The position numbers and the translations under genes are program-made. The notes below the pieces were generated by a model. It made no database searches. It saw only the letters and a list, made by a program, of their open reading frames with translations, and was not told the DNA's origin. Below are positions 18,967 to 27,521 of a DNA stretch of 64,000 bases, in pieces. The DNA comes from a virus (taxonomy: Duplodnaviria; Heunggongvirae; Uroviricota; Caudoviricetes), in the IMG/VR virus record IMGVR_UViG_3300025670_000002; one strand, given 5' to 3'. Positions within the stretch are counted from its first letter, which is position 1, and each line of letters opens with the position of its first letter.

Positions 18967-20125
18967 AGATGGGATGAGCGAGAGCGGAGCATCTGAGTTG
19001 TTCGATAAGATTGAGAAATTCGCAGGATATTCCTTTAATAAAAGTCATGCAGTTGAGTATTCCGTAATTAGCTACTGGTGTATGTATTTAAAAACGCATT
19101 ACCCAGCGGAATATTTTGCCGCAACACTAACGGTTGTTGATAAGGACGAAACGCTAAAGGCGACGGTAAATGATGCTAAGAAGAGTGGAATAGTGATCGT
19201 CCCGCCAGACATTAATATCTCAACAGATAGATTTGAGATAAGACATGGGCTGCTTGATGATGAAATGTTTCTATACACGCCATTCAATAAGCTAAAGGGG
19301 TTAAGTGAAAAGACTGCTGCCGCGATAATTCTCGCAAGAGAGTCCAAGTCCGACAAGCTCTTTGAAAGTAAAGAGGACTTTCTAAGCACTGTCAATAAAA
19401 CAAAATGCAATAAGAGGCACCAGGCGGTTCTCGATTCAGTTGGTGCGTTCGCAAGTGTCGAGCCTGATTCAATCCCTGCAAGAAGTCAGGATAGAATCAA
19501 GGATCAAATTGAAATGATGCCTGGGTTGATTGTTGAGTATGTAAAGGCGGATAGACAAACAAAGCTAAATGACATTGCGCCTGAGCTAAATGCAAATGTT
19601 AAAAGATTTAGAGCCTGTTCAGAGTGCGACCTGAAAGATAAGCCGCACTGCATACCGTCAGCGGGAGGGAAAACATTGAAGTTCATGGTTGTCTCAGATA
19701 CCCCTTCTTGGTCAGAAGACAAAGAAGGTGTGATGATGGCTGGGATTAGCTCAAAACCGATTGAGTCAGCAATGAAGGAGGCTGGGGTAAGAAAGTCAAA
19801 CGGGTTCTTTACGTCACTTGTGAGAGCGCAGAAGTCAGACAAAAGACTTACAAATGAGCAGATCAATGGGTGCAAGGGCTTTCTCGATGAAGAGATTGCG
19901 GTAATGAGTCCGCCAGTGATTGTGTGTATGGGTGGGGCATCCATTAGACACTTTGTTCCTGATGTAAAAGGGGGCTGGAAGGACTTGTGTGGCCAAGTTG
20001 TCTACAACAAAGAATTGGATGCAAATATTGTATTCGGAATTAACCCATCAATGACGGCGTTTAGAGATGAGGCGCAAGAAATGATTGATGATGTTTTTAG
20101 AAAGGTTTATGAAATATTAAATTAG
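18938..20125 (+). CDS. dnaE: DnaE C-terminal fragment (fingers FNKSHAVEYS) fused to a family-4 UDG-like domain; the listed start is TTG 18938, and the likelier start is ATG 18974 just after the HNH stop
   Basis: SELFDKIEKFAGYSFNKSHAVEYSVISYWCMYLKTHYPAEYFAATLT matches the DnaE fingers region. The C-terminal ~200 aa carry FMVVSDTPSWSED...CMGGASIRHF...GINPS, which is UDG-superfamily-like. Confidence 0.7.
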   Translation: MKIKNIKQLRDGMSESGASELFDKIEKFAGYSFNKSHAVEYSVISYWCMYLKTHYPAEYFAATLTVVDKDETLKATVNDAKKSGIVIVPPDINISTDRFEIRHGLLDDEMFLYTPFNKLKGLSEKTAAAIILARESKSDKLFESKEDFLSTVNKTKCNKRHQAVLDSVGAFASVEPDSIPARSQDRIKDQIEMMPGLIVEYVKADRQTKLNDIAPELNANVKRFRACSECDLKDKPHCIPSAGGKTLKFMVVSDTPSWSEDKEGVMMAGISSKPIESAMKEAGVRKSNGFFTSLVRAQKSDKRLTNEQINGCKGFLDEEIAVMSPPVIVCMGGASIRHFVPDVKGGWKDLCGQVVYNKELDANIVFGINPSMTAFRDEAQEMIDDVFRKVYEILN

Positions 20126-20134
20126 GAGATTGAA

Positions 20135-20326
20135 ATGTTTAGTGTGGCGCAGAAAAGAGATATTAGTGAAAAGATACAAAAGGTGCTGAGAGAGGGTGAG
20201 ATAACTTTTGCAATTCATGTGAGCGGTGAGGAGCGTTGGAGCTGGGCGGATATACAAAACAATGGCGCAGTGTCGTCACCTGATGTAAATCCTCATAATG
20301 AGAAAAGCGACCCTTTGGCTCGTTGA
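20135..20326 (+). CDS. small hypothetical protein
   Basis: 63-aa ORF with RBS GGAGATTGAAATG. Confidence 0.3.
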   Translation: MFSVAQKRDISEKIQKVLREGEITFAIHVSGEERWSWADIQNNGAVSSPDVNPHNEKSDPLAR

Positions 20327-20359
20327 AATAATAAGTAATTAATTACTTACTATTCCCAG
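20327..20359 (+). promoter_or_regulatory. family A motif AATAATAAGTAATTAATTACTTACTATTCCCAG
   Basis: Palindromic core plus trailing TCCCAG. Confidence 0.4.
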
Positions 20360-20393
20360 AAAAAGTGAAATATAATAGCTACATTGTTAGAGA

Positions 20394-20954
20394 TTGATAC
20401 AGGAGAAGAAAATGAGTGACGTAACAGAAGAAGAGTTGGATGCGGTGAGTGAGCTTGATGTCCGTCTGCAATTTGATGATGAAGGCTTTGCAGGGCAAAT
20501 GATGAGTGACACTGCGTTCTCGCCAGAGGACATTGATAGTGCAATGATTCAACAGGCGGGGCTATATGCTTTCTACGCAGAGCAAAGTCAGAAGGCAAGC
20601 AAGCGAGCTGATAATCTTAAATTAAAAATCTCTATCGTAGAGGCAGAGGTTGATAAGGAAATCAGAGATAAGGTTGCAGAAGAAGGTGGAAAGATCACAG
20701 AAAAGGCAATTGATAAGGAAATTGTCAGAACTGCGAAATATGTGCGAGCCGTCATGAATCACAATGACGCGAAGGCTGTGTCTCAAATGATTAGAGACAT
20801 GCTTGAGGCGTTCAAGCACAAGAAGGACATGCTAATTCAAATTGGCGTAGCAAAAAGAGAGGAACGCGGTGGTCAAACTCGCGTCGCAACTGCTGAAAAG
20901 GCACAGGAGAATATGGAGGAGAGGCGTAATAAATTTAAGACAAAAGCGGCTTAG
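20394..20954 (+). CDS. hypothetical coiled-coil protein; possible recombination or replication mediator (UvsY- or gp59-like) from its position next to the SSB gene
   Basis: 186-aa ORF, acidic N-terminus, heptad-like KxxE repeats. The functional guess is from synteny only. Confidence 0.4.
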   Translation: MIQEKKMSDVTEEELDAVSELDVRLQFDDEGFAGQMMSDTAFSPEDIDSAMIQQAGLYAFYAEQSQKASKRADNLKLKISIVEAEVDKEIRDKVAEEGGKITEKAIDKEIVRTAKYVRAVMNHNDAKAVSQMIRDMLEAFKHKKDMLIQIGVAKREERGGQTRVATAEKAQENMEERRNKFKTKAA

Positions 20955-20975
20955 GGAATTTTGAAACAACTCACA

Positions 20976-21000
20976 TTATAAGTCATTAGTGACTTATAAT
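20976..21000 (+). promoter_or_regulatory. family A motif TTATAAGTCATTAGTGACTTATAAT (near-consensus copy, includes TATAAT)
   Basis: Perfect AAGTCA..TGACTT palindrome. Confidence 0.45.
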
Positions 21001-21058
21001 AGAGCTTGTTGAAAGACAAACTTTTAAAACTAATTAAACTAAAGAAACTGGAATAAAA

Positions 21059-21955
21059 ATGGCAAACTTACAAGAATTACTAAAGAACAAAAAGAAAGCA
21101 ATTGCGGCAGCATCAGGTCGTCGTGAGAACACAACGAAGCTACAGTCTGGCAAAAACAGAATCAGAGTTCTTCCTTCGTGGAGAGGTGATGGTGATGTTC
21201 AGTTTTATCATGACTTTGGCAATCACTTTATTAAAGATGATGTCGATAGCAAAAAGCCAACCGCTGTGTATATGTGTGTTGATAAGACGTTTGGTAAGCC
21301 GTGCCCTGTGTGTGATGCAATTGAAGCTGGAATCAACTCATCAGCAAGTGACGATACAAAAGCGGCGTTAAAAGCGTCAAAAGCATCTGGACGTATTCTA
21401 GTCAACGCTTTGATGCTTGATAAAGATAAAAATACGCCAGTGATTTTAGAGCTGTCTCCAACAACCTTTGACAAGGTTATTGATATTATTACCGATAACC
21501 CTGATGAAGAAAACGATGCCTTCAATATCGCAACTGATGTTAAAAATGGCGTTGATATTGTCATTACAAGATCGGGAACGGGAATTAATACTGAATATTC
21601 TGTAATTCCTGCGCTAAAGGGCTCAAAGCCTGTTCCAAAAGCAGCACTTGATAACTTATTCAACCTAGATGAATACGTCGCTCAAGAGTATGAGTCTGGA
21701 ATGAATAAGGCAATTGCAGCGGTCAGCACTGTATCTGGCGCACTACCGTCTCCAAAGAAAAGCTCTGCGTCTTCCGATACGCCGTTTGATGAAGATGTTC
21801 CTGAGTTTGAATCAGCACCAAAGGCTGTTGATAAAGCAGCAGCAGATGATGATGCGCTTGATGGCGAGTTTGAAGAGATTGATGAAGCCCCTAAAAAGGA
21901 AGAGTCGGACATTTCTGATGACGAACTTGATTCGCTTTTGGATGAGCTTGACTAA
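21059..21955 (+). CDS. gp32-like single-stranded DNA-binding protein
   Basis: RIRVLPSW...HDFGNH..CVDKTFGKPCPVCD is a zinc-site pattern like T4 gp32. The C-terminal 40 aa are strongly acidic. Confidence 0.6.
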   Translation: MANLQELLKNKKKAIAAASGRRENTTKLQSGKNRIRVLPSWRGDGDVQFYHDFGNHFIKDDVDSKKPTAVYMCVDKTFGKPCPVCDAIEAGINSSASDDTKAALKASKASGRILVNALMLDKDKNTPVILELSPTTFDKVIDIITDNPDEENDAFNIATDVKNGVDIVITRSGTGINTEYSVIPALKGSKPVPKAALDNLFNLDEYVAQEYESGMNKAIAAVSTVSGALPSPKKSSASSDTPFDEDVPEFESAPKAVDKAAADDDALDGEFEEIDEAPKKEESDISDDELDSLLDELD

Positions 21956-21980
21956 CTAACTTAGTTAAGTAGTAAAGGGA

Positions 21981-22002
21981 GGGGCTACTTAGCCCCTTTT
22001 TT
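21981..22002 (+). terminator. rho-independent terminator GGGGCTACTTAGCCCC followed by TTTTTT
   Basis: 7-bp stem plus T-run after the SSB gene. Confidence 0.65.
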
Positions 22003-22020
22003 AATTCAGAGGAGAAAAGA

Positions 22021-22974
22021 GTGCCTAATTATTTATTGATTGATGCAAACAGCATTGGCTTCGCAGCTCAAGACGCACCGAAACTATATGTTGGTGAGGA
22101 TGAAGTTCAGTCAACTTACGGCTTCGTAAGGAAAATGCGAGTTGTTTTGAAAGAGTTTGCTGGCTACATACCGATAGTGCTGTGGGATGGCAGAGCGCAG
22201 TGGCGTTTTGACTTGTTTCCGCAATACAAGGGCAACAGAAATGTTTACCCAGAAAGAGTTAAAGAAAAAGATGCGTATAAGTCTCAGCACGAAAATATCA
22301 AGCGAGCAATGTCGGCGTTGGGAGTGACCCAAGTTACCGACAAAGAAGCTGAGGCGGATGACCTCGCGGCCTATTTTTCAAGAAAGCTTGGTGCAGATAA
22401 GCGAAACAAAATAGTAATGGTTTCAGGCGATAAAGATTGGTGCCAGTTGGTTACTGAAAATGTCTCTTGGTATTGCCACAAAACACAAAGAAGGTGCGGT
22501 ATTGATAACTTTGAGGAGTTCACTGGGTATGCAACACCGCGATTGTTTGTTGAGGGCAAATGTCTTACGGGTGACGGTTCTGACAATGTGCCTGGAGTTG
22601 GCAATATCGGTGACAAAGGTGCTCCAGAGTTTTTAGACAAGTATGGAAGCGTTGCTGGATTTATATCTCAGCGAGATAAAGGTCTGTTGCCTGACAAGCT
22701 GCCAGCCGCACACAAGCGTCTAAGAGACAACATCGCTCCAAATCCTTCTAAGAAGTATGGGGAAATGTTGCCAGCGCATGATGCCTTTGTAAGAAACAAA
22801 GAGCTTATGAATCTAATGGGTGACTGGAAGCCCAATAAGGCAACGACGGTTATGATCTCAGGAAACTATAGCTACAGGCTATTTAAAGAGTTCTGTGAGG
22901 ACATGATGTTTAACACAATATTGAAGCAGCTATCCACATGGGTAGTGCCATTTAAAAACGTAGCAAAGGGGTAA
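22021..22974 (+). CDS. rnh: 5'-3' exonuclease / RNase H (FEN family)
   Basis: LLIDANSIGFAAQ at the N-terminus, EADDLAAYF, VSGDKDWCQLV, and a glycine-rich NVPGVGNIGDKGA helix-hairpin-helix. Confidence 0.7.
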   Translation: MPNYLLIDANSIGFAAQDAPKLYVGEDEVQSTYGFVRKMRVVLKEFAGYIPIVLWDGRAQWRFDLFPQYKGNRNVYPERVKEKDAYKSQHENIKRAMSALGVTQVTDKEAEADDLAAYFSRKLGADKRNKIVMVSGDKDWCQLVTENVSWYCHKTQRRCGIDNFEEFTGYATPRLFVEGKCLTGDGSDNVPGVGNIGDKGAPEFLDKYGSVAGFISQRDKGLLPDKLPAAHKRLRDNIAPNPSKKYGEMLPAHDAFVRNKELMNLMGDWKPNKATTVMISGNYSYRLFKEFCEDMMFNTILKQLSTWVVPFKNVAKG

Positions 22975-22977
22975 TTT

Positions 22978-25074
22978 ATGAGCGTCGCGGAAGATTTAGC
23001 AAAAGCACTAACAAAAGGTATCGGAGAGAACGATGAGAAGTCAGAAGTTACAGACTGGCTAAACACTGGCTTTCCGAACTTAAACATGGCTTTGTCGGGG
23101 AGACATAACGGCGGTCTTGGCTTCGGTCGTCTATATGAAATGTATGGGCCAAGTTCAAGCGGTAAGACAGCCATCGCAACTTACTTGATGATCGAGGCGC
23201 AGCGAAGAGGTGGTGTTGCCGTTTTTATTGATTACGAGCGATCATTTGACTTGGGAATGGCTGTAAACATGGGGCTAAAAGACGAATTTCCATTCTTTAT
23301 CTACAAGCAGCCCGAGACATGGGAAGAGGGGAACACTCAAGCAACAAGAGCGGCGCAGATCATTCGCGAGTCAAAGGCTATTCCTGAAAACGCACCTATT
23401 TTCATTGTTCAGGATTCAATTGCATCAGCAACACCTAAGTCAATGCTGTATGACAGCAAGGGAAAGAAGAAGGAAATGGATGAGCTAACGATGAATGATA
23501 CGACAGCGTTAAGCCGTGTCACCTCAACAACATTAAAAGTTGTCGCTCAGTTGGCAAATGAGCTAAATGCAACGGTTCTCTATCTCAACCAAATCAGAAC
23601 AAAGATCGGCGTTCTGCATGGTGACCCAACCTGTTTGAGAGGAGACACTGTCGTCCCCCTCACTAACGGAACGTCAATGAAAATCAAGGACATTGTTGAC
23701 AATAAAGTTGAAGCGGATGTGTGGTCATACAACGAAAGCTCTGGTGAATTTGAAGAGAGAAAGATTGTAAATTGGTTTGATAACGGCAAAATACCGGACG
23801 ATCAAGATTGGATTCATATAAAAACGTCAGGCGTTGAAACTAAAAATGGCGTTTGCGGCATGACTGTGACTCCAGATCATAAGGTTTTTATTGAAGACAA
23901 TGGGTGGTGCAGAGCAGATTCCGTCTCCGTGTCCGACATGTTGCTTACAAAAAGAACGACAAAAATTAGTGGAACACTTAGAGAGTTTATCTTTGGTGTA
24001 TTCGCTGGTGACTGCTCGTTGAGAAAAATGTCAGATAGAAGAACTACCGCCAATATGAAAATTCAGGATAACAATGACCCTGATTACGCAAGATGGAAGG
24101 TTGATAAATTAAGCCCGTTCTTTTCGTTCAAAAGGGGCAATGTCAAATGGAAAGGTGGTGAAGGCGTAAGATATGATTCCGAGTTTACATCTGAATTGGC
24201 AAGCTATGTTGACGTAAGCCGTGACCCACTGGAATTGATGTCTAAAAAGTCAGCGATGCAAATGGCAATTTGGATTATGGATGATGGCTACATGGACAAG
24301 AGCAGATGCAGATACACGGTATCAGTAAAAAGAAAGAAGAATGCAGACTATCTTGATAATCTGGCTGATATGTTTTTTGAGACGTGGGGTTTGACATCGA
24401 GGGTTAGAGAAAGAGAAGGCGCTTTGATCTTCAACGCAGACTCAAGTAGAAAGATTGCTGAAATGATTGCGCCATTTGTTCCTGAGTGTATGGAAAGGAA
24501 GTTGCCAGAAGAGCATAGAGGTAAGTATATTGAGTTTGATCTGACAAACGATGGCGATAAAATCAAGTCCGCATTCGTCCCTGTAACATCTGTGTCAATT
24601 AGGGATAGACAGGGGTATAGAGGTAGATATGATATTGAGGTCGAGAGCAATCACAATTATCTTGTCGGAAATAAAGATAACGGGGTTCTTGTTCATAATT
24701 GCACTCCAGGTGGCGGTGCTATGGAGTTTTATGCTTCTGGCAGAATTTCACTGGGGAGAACGAAGGTGATGGAGACGGTTAATGGCGATAAAGAAATGAC
24801 CGCTCAGATCATTAGAGCGAAGATAACCAAATCAAAGCACACTAGACCATTCAAGGTTGCAGAGTTGCGCATGGGCTTCAATGACGACGGCAGTGCGTAT
24901 TTTGAAGAAATATCAGTCATACTGGATTACTTAGTTAAGCTCGATATTATTGAAACTGCGGGTGCTTATGTCTTGTGGGATGGAAAGAAATATCACCGCA
25001 AGACACTTGCGAAGAAAATCATTGAAGATGGCGATGAAGATAAGTTGAGAAAAATGGTTCCCGACTATGTGTAG
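22978..25074 (+). CDS. RecA/UvsX-family recombinase interrupted by an intein
   Basis: RecA core GRLYEMYGPSSSGKTAIA and VAVFIDYERSFD. A 356-aa insert CLRGDTVV...VLVHN|C carries Hint blocks. Confidence 0.8.
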   Translation: MSVAEDLAKALTKGIGENDEKSEVTDWLNTGFPNLNMALSGRHNGGLGFGRLYEMYGPSSSGKTAIATYLMIEAQRRGGVAVFIDYERSFDLGMAVNMGLKDEFPFFIYKQPETWEEGNTQATRAAQIIRESKAIPENAPIFIVQDSIASATPKSMLYDSKGKKKEMDELTMNDTTALSRVTSTTLKVVAQLANELNATVLYLNQIRTKIGVLHGDPTCLRGDTVVPLTNGTSMKIKDIVDNKVEADVWSYNESSGEFEERKIVNWFDNGKIPDDQDWIHIKTSGVETKNGVCGMTVTPDHKVFIEDNGWCRADSVSVSDMLLTKRTTKISGTLREFIFGVFAGDCSLRKMSDRRTTANMKIQDNNDPDYARWKVDKLSPFFSFKRGNVKWKGGEGVRYDSEFTSELASYVDVSRDPLELMSKKSAMQMAIWIMDDGYMDKSRCRYTVSVKRKKNADYLDNLADMFFETWGLTSRVREREGALIFNADSSRKIAEMIAPFVPECMERKLPEEHRGKYIEFDLTNDGDKIKSAFVPVTSVSIRDRQGYRGRYDIEVESNHNYLVGNKDNGVLVHNCTPGGGAMEFYASGRISLGRTKVMETVNGDKEMTAQIIRAKITKSKHTRPFKVAELRMGFNDDGSAYFEEISVILDYLVKLDIIETAGAYVLWDGKKYHRKTLAKKIIEDGDEDKLRKMVPDYV
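23632..24699 (+). mobile_element. intein in the recombinase (Cys1 ... VHN, +1 Cys) with an endonuclease domain
   Basis: Block A CLRGDTVVPLTNG, block B VTPDHKVFI, C-terminal LVHN followed by C. Degenerate LAGLIDADG-like FIFGVFAGD and IWIMDDGYMD. Confidence 0.75.
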
Positions 25075-25456
25075 TGATTTGAAGCTTTATGCCCCAGCGG
25101 GGTATTCAAACATATTCGGTGAATATAAAAACGCTATATGTAATGGATGCGGTAGCAAAGGTCTTGGCGGCTTCTTCGTTCCAAATACACTATGGGGATT
25201 GAGCATAAAGGAGTCATGCAATATTCACGACTTTATGTATTTTGCAGGCGAGAGTATAGATGACAAGAACAGTGCCGATAGGGCGTTTCTTAACAACATG
25301 ATTAGAACCATAGATGCAAACAAAAGCTGGCGTGTTGTAAACTATCTTAGAAAAAACAGGGCGTTTATTTATTATAAAATCGTTAAGACTTTTGGCGGAC
25401 CTGCTTTTTGGGATAAAAAGAATGCCAATGATGAAATGATAGTGGTAGAAAGTTAG
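25067..25456 (+). CDS. hypothetical protein
   Basis: 129-aa ORF coupled to the upstream gene. Confidence 0.45.
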   Translation: MCSDLKLYAPAGYSNIFGEYKNAICNGCGSKGLGGFFVPNTLWGLSIKESCNIHDFMYFAGESIDDKNSADRAFLNNMIRTIDANKSWRVVNYLRKNRAFIYYKIVKTFGGPAFWDKKNANDEMIVVES

Positions 25457-25512
25457 TTACCATTTGGTAAAAATGGTGTAGTATCAACGTCTTAACATTT
25501 TAGGAGAATGTC

Positions 25513-26085
25513 ATGCTTGATACTACACCGCCAATTGTCGATTACAGAGGTATCCACAGTAAAGATGGAGCATTTTACAGCAAAACAAAGACCCTGTGCA
25601 ATCACTGCGCAAACCCAATTTGCGATGAATTTGCCGCTCAACTATGCGGTGAGTTTGTTCCAACTATCAAATTTACATCACTAAAGGGTATAGAGGGCGA
25701 GTTCAATACGTTTAGAATTGGCGATGCTTGGTCGAGACGAGTATCGGAGGGCATGACGGTTGCCCTAATGAACTCAAAGAAAAATGTAATTATGTGCTTT
25801 GCAGAAGTCACCAGTGTTTTTGTTGGTGATAAGTTTGCGCTTGCCGATATGTTCTCTCAAGACAATCACAGCATTAAGGCGCTCGATGTTATCGACGATG
25901 TTCCAGAGAAAATGCTAAAGCGATTGAAAAATGCATCAGGCACTATGATTTACAATGCAAACGAAAGGGCTACGGTTATCTATCTAAAGGTTATTGATTA
26001 TGCTAAAAACGAAAAAGAAGCTGTGGGTGAGAGAGTCATCACACAACGGGAAGAACGGGAAATACGGAAATTTTTGGAGACGTAA
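25513..26085 (+). CDS. hypothetical protein
   Basis: 190-aa ORF with RBS TAGGAGAATGTCATG. Confidence 0.5.
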   Translation: MLDTTPPIVDYRGIHSKDGAFYSKTKTLCNHCANPICDEFAAQLCGEFVPTIKFTSLKGIEGEFNTFRIGDAWSRRVSEGMTVALMNSKKNVIMCFAEVTSVFVGDKFALADMFSQDNHSIKALDVIDDVPEKMLKRLKNASGTMIYNANERATVIYLKVIDYAKNEKEAVGERVITQREEREIRKFLET

Positions 26086-26098
26086 GGATACCGACCAG

Positions 26099-26374
26099 TT
26101 GATATACGTTGCCGAAAAGAGAGATGTCGCAACTGGTGTATTTCACGAAACAAACTCTCTTGCCATAGACATAGAAACATTAAAATTGGCAAGAGAGCTT
26201 GGTGTTAAAGTGGTGGTTGTTCATATAGGAACAAGCGGTGATAAATACGCCACCACGCTAGATATGTTCGATAGCGAGGCGGCGGTAATGAATTATGACA
26301 AAAGAGGGGGTGCTTTGCAGAGATACCTTCCGATAAGCAAATTCAGAAAGCAAGATAGGGAAAGCTTCTTTTGA
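26099..26374 (+). CDS. hypothetical protein (the listed ORF 25994..26374 overlaps the upstream gene; a TTG at 26099 after AAGGA is the likelier start)
   Basis: Frame continuity checked. AAGGA lies at 26086-26090. Confidence 0.35.
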   Translation: MIYVAEKRDVATGVFHETNSLAIDIETLKLARELGVKVVVVHIGTSGDKYATTLDMFDSEAAVMNYDKRGGALQRYLPISKFRKQDRESFF

Positions 26375-26388
26375 ATAGCTTTGCCCAA

Positions 26389-26419
26389 AATAGTAAGTCA
26401 TTAATGAGTTATAATAATG
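26389..26419 (+). promoter_or_regulatory. family A motif AATAGTAAGTCATTAATGAGTTATAATAATG (right arm degenerate)
   Basis: TAAGTCA half-site plus TATAAT. Confidence 0.35.
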
Positions 26420-26456
26420 ATTAATAAGAAAGCACATTACAAAACAAGGGGAATAT

Positions 26457-27521
26457 ATGACTATATCTAGCTCGCCATACTTGGTGGTATCCGACACACA
26501 TTTTCACAATTTCACAGCGTTCGCGTCCGTAAATGATGCGGGTGTAAATACTCGATTACAAATTCAGATAGACGAATTCAAAAGAGCTGTCGGCGTCCTT
26601 CTGGATAATGGCGGAGATACCATCTATAACGCAGGGGATACGTTCCACATAAGAGGCAGAGTTGACACAACTGTTTTGAATCCAGTTACCGATCTATTTG
26701 AGTGGATTTCCGATCAGGGTGTGAAAATTATATCCATCCCAGGCAATCACGATCTTGCTGGCAAAAATAGCGAGAAGATAGGTAATGCCGCACAGTCATT
26801 GCACAACACGCTTGAGGCGAACATGTGCAATGACGTGTCAATCACCTCAGAGCGAACTGGTCATGATGTGATTTTGTTCCCCTGGCACGCCAATCTCGAT
26901 GAATTGAAAGCGCGGTTGGAGGCTGAGGCTTCTGATGGCCTGACTGCAATCATTCACGCACCTGTTAATGACGTTGTTTACGGCATACCAAATCACGGTT
27001 TGGATGCAGATTACTTAGCTGGGCTTGGGTATAGAAGAGTTTTGTCAGGTCACTATCATAATCATGTTGACTTCGGTAATGGGGTTTATTCAATTGGAGC
27101 GATGTGTCATCAAACTTGGGGTGATGTTGGCTCAAAAGCAGGCTTTCTGCTTGTTACCGACTCTGCTGATGAGGTGAGATATATAGCATCACACGCTCCA
27201 AAGTTTGTCGATATTACAGAGGATAATTTTGAAGACGCCGAGCTTATCGTTGATGGCAATTATGCAAGGGTGAAAATCGAAGTTACTAAGGGCTCTGATG
27301 TTGATGAAATAAGAAAGCAATTTTCTGACTGGGGTGCATTAGGTTGCGTAGTAAATCAGATAAAGAATCACACGCCTGTTGAGCGAGATGGCGTAACGGT
27401 TGTGGGTGTATCAATAGGCAACTCAGTTGAGTCATTCATTGATGCAAAAAAATACAGTAACCCAAAGAAACTATCGAAGCTGTGTGCCGAGATACTTGCT
27501 GAATCTGAGGAGATGAGTTAA
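26457..27521 (+). CDS. sbcD: SbcD/Mre11-like nuclease (gp47-like)
   Basis: Calcineurin-like phosphoesterase motifs DTHFH, GDTFH and GNHD. Confidence 0.8.
   Translation: MTISSSPYLVVSDTHFHNFTAFASVNDAGVNTRLQIQIDEFKRAVGVLLDNGGDTIYNAGDTFHIRGRVDTTVLNPVTDLFEWISDQGVKIISIPGNHDLAGKNSEKIGNAAQSLHNTLEANMCNDVSITSERTGHDVILFPWHANLDELKARLEAEASDGLTAIIHAPVNDVVYGIPNHGLDADYLAGLGYRRVLSGHYHNHVDFGNGVYSIGAMCHQTWGDVGSKAGFLLVTDSADEVRYIASHAPKFVDITEDNFEDAELIVDGNYARVKIEVTKGSDVDEIRKQFSDWGALGCVVNQIKNHTPVERDGVTVVGVSIGNSVESFIDAKKYSNPKKLSKLCAEILAESEEMS

Noticed and set aside
18025-18973. Intein as the cause of the dnaE interruption
   Set aside because: The intervening sequence contains stop codons in the dnaE frame and a separately initiated HNH gene with its own promoter motif. 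No Hint blocks are present.
25994-26098. 100-nt overlap between ORF 25513-26085 and ORF 25994-26374
   Set aside because: The listed M at 25994 is unlikely to be the start. A TTG at 26099 with an AAGGA RBS removes the overlap. The extended N-terminus is treated as a read-through artefact.
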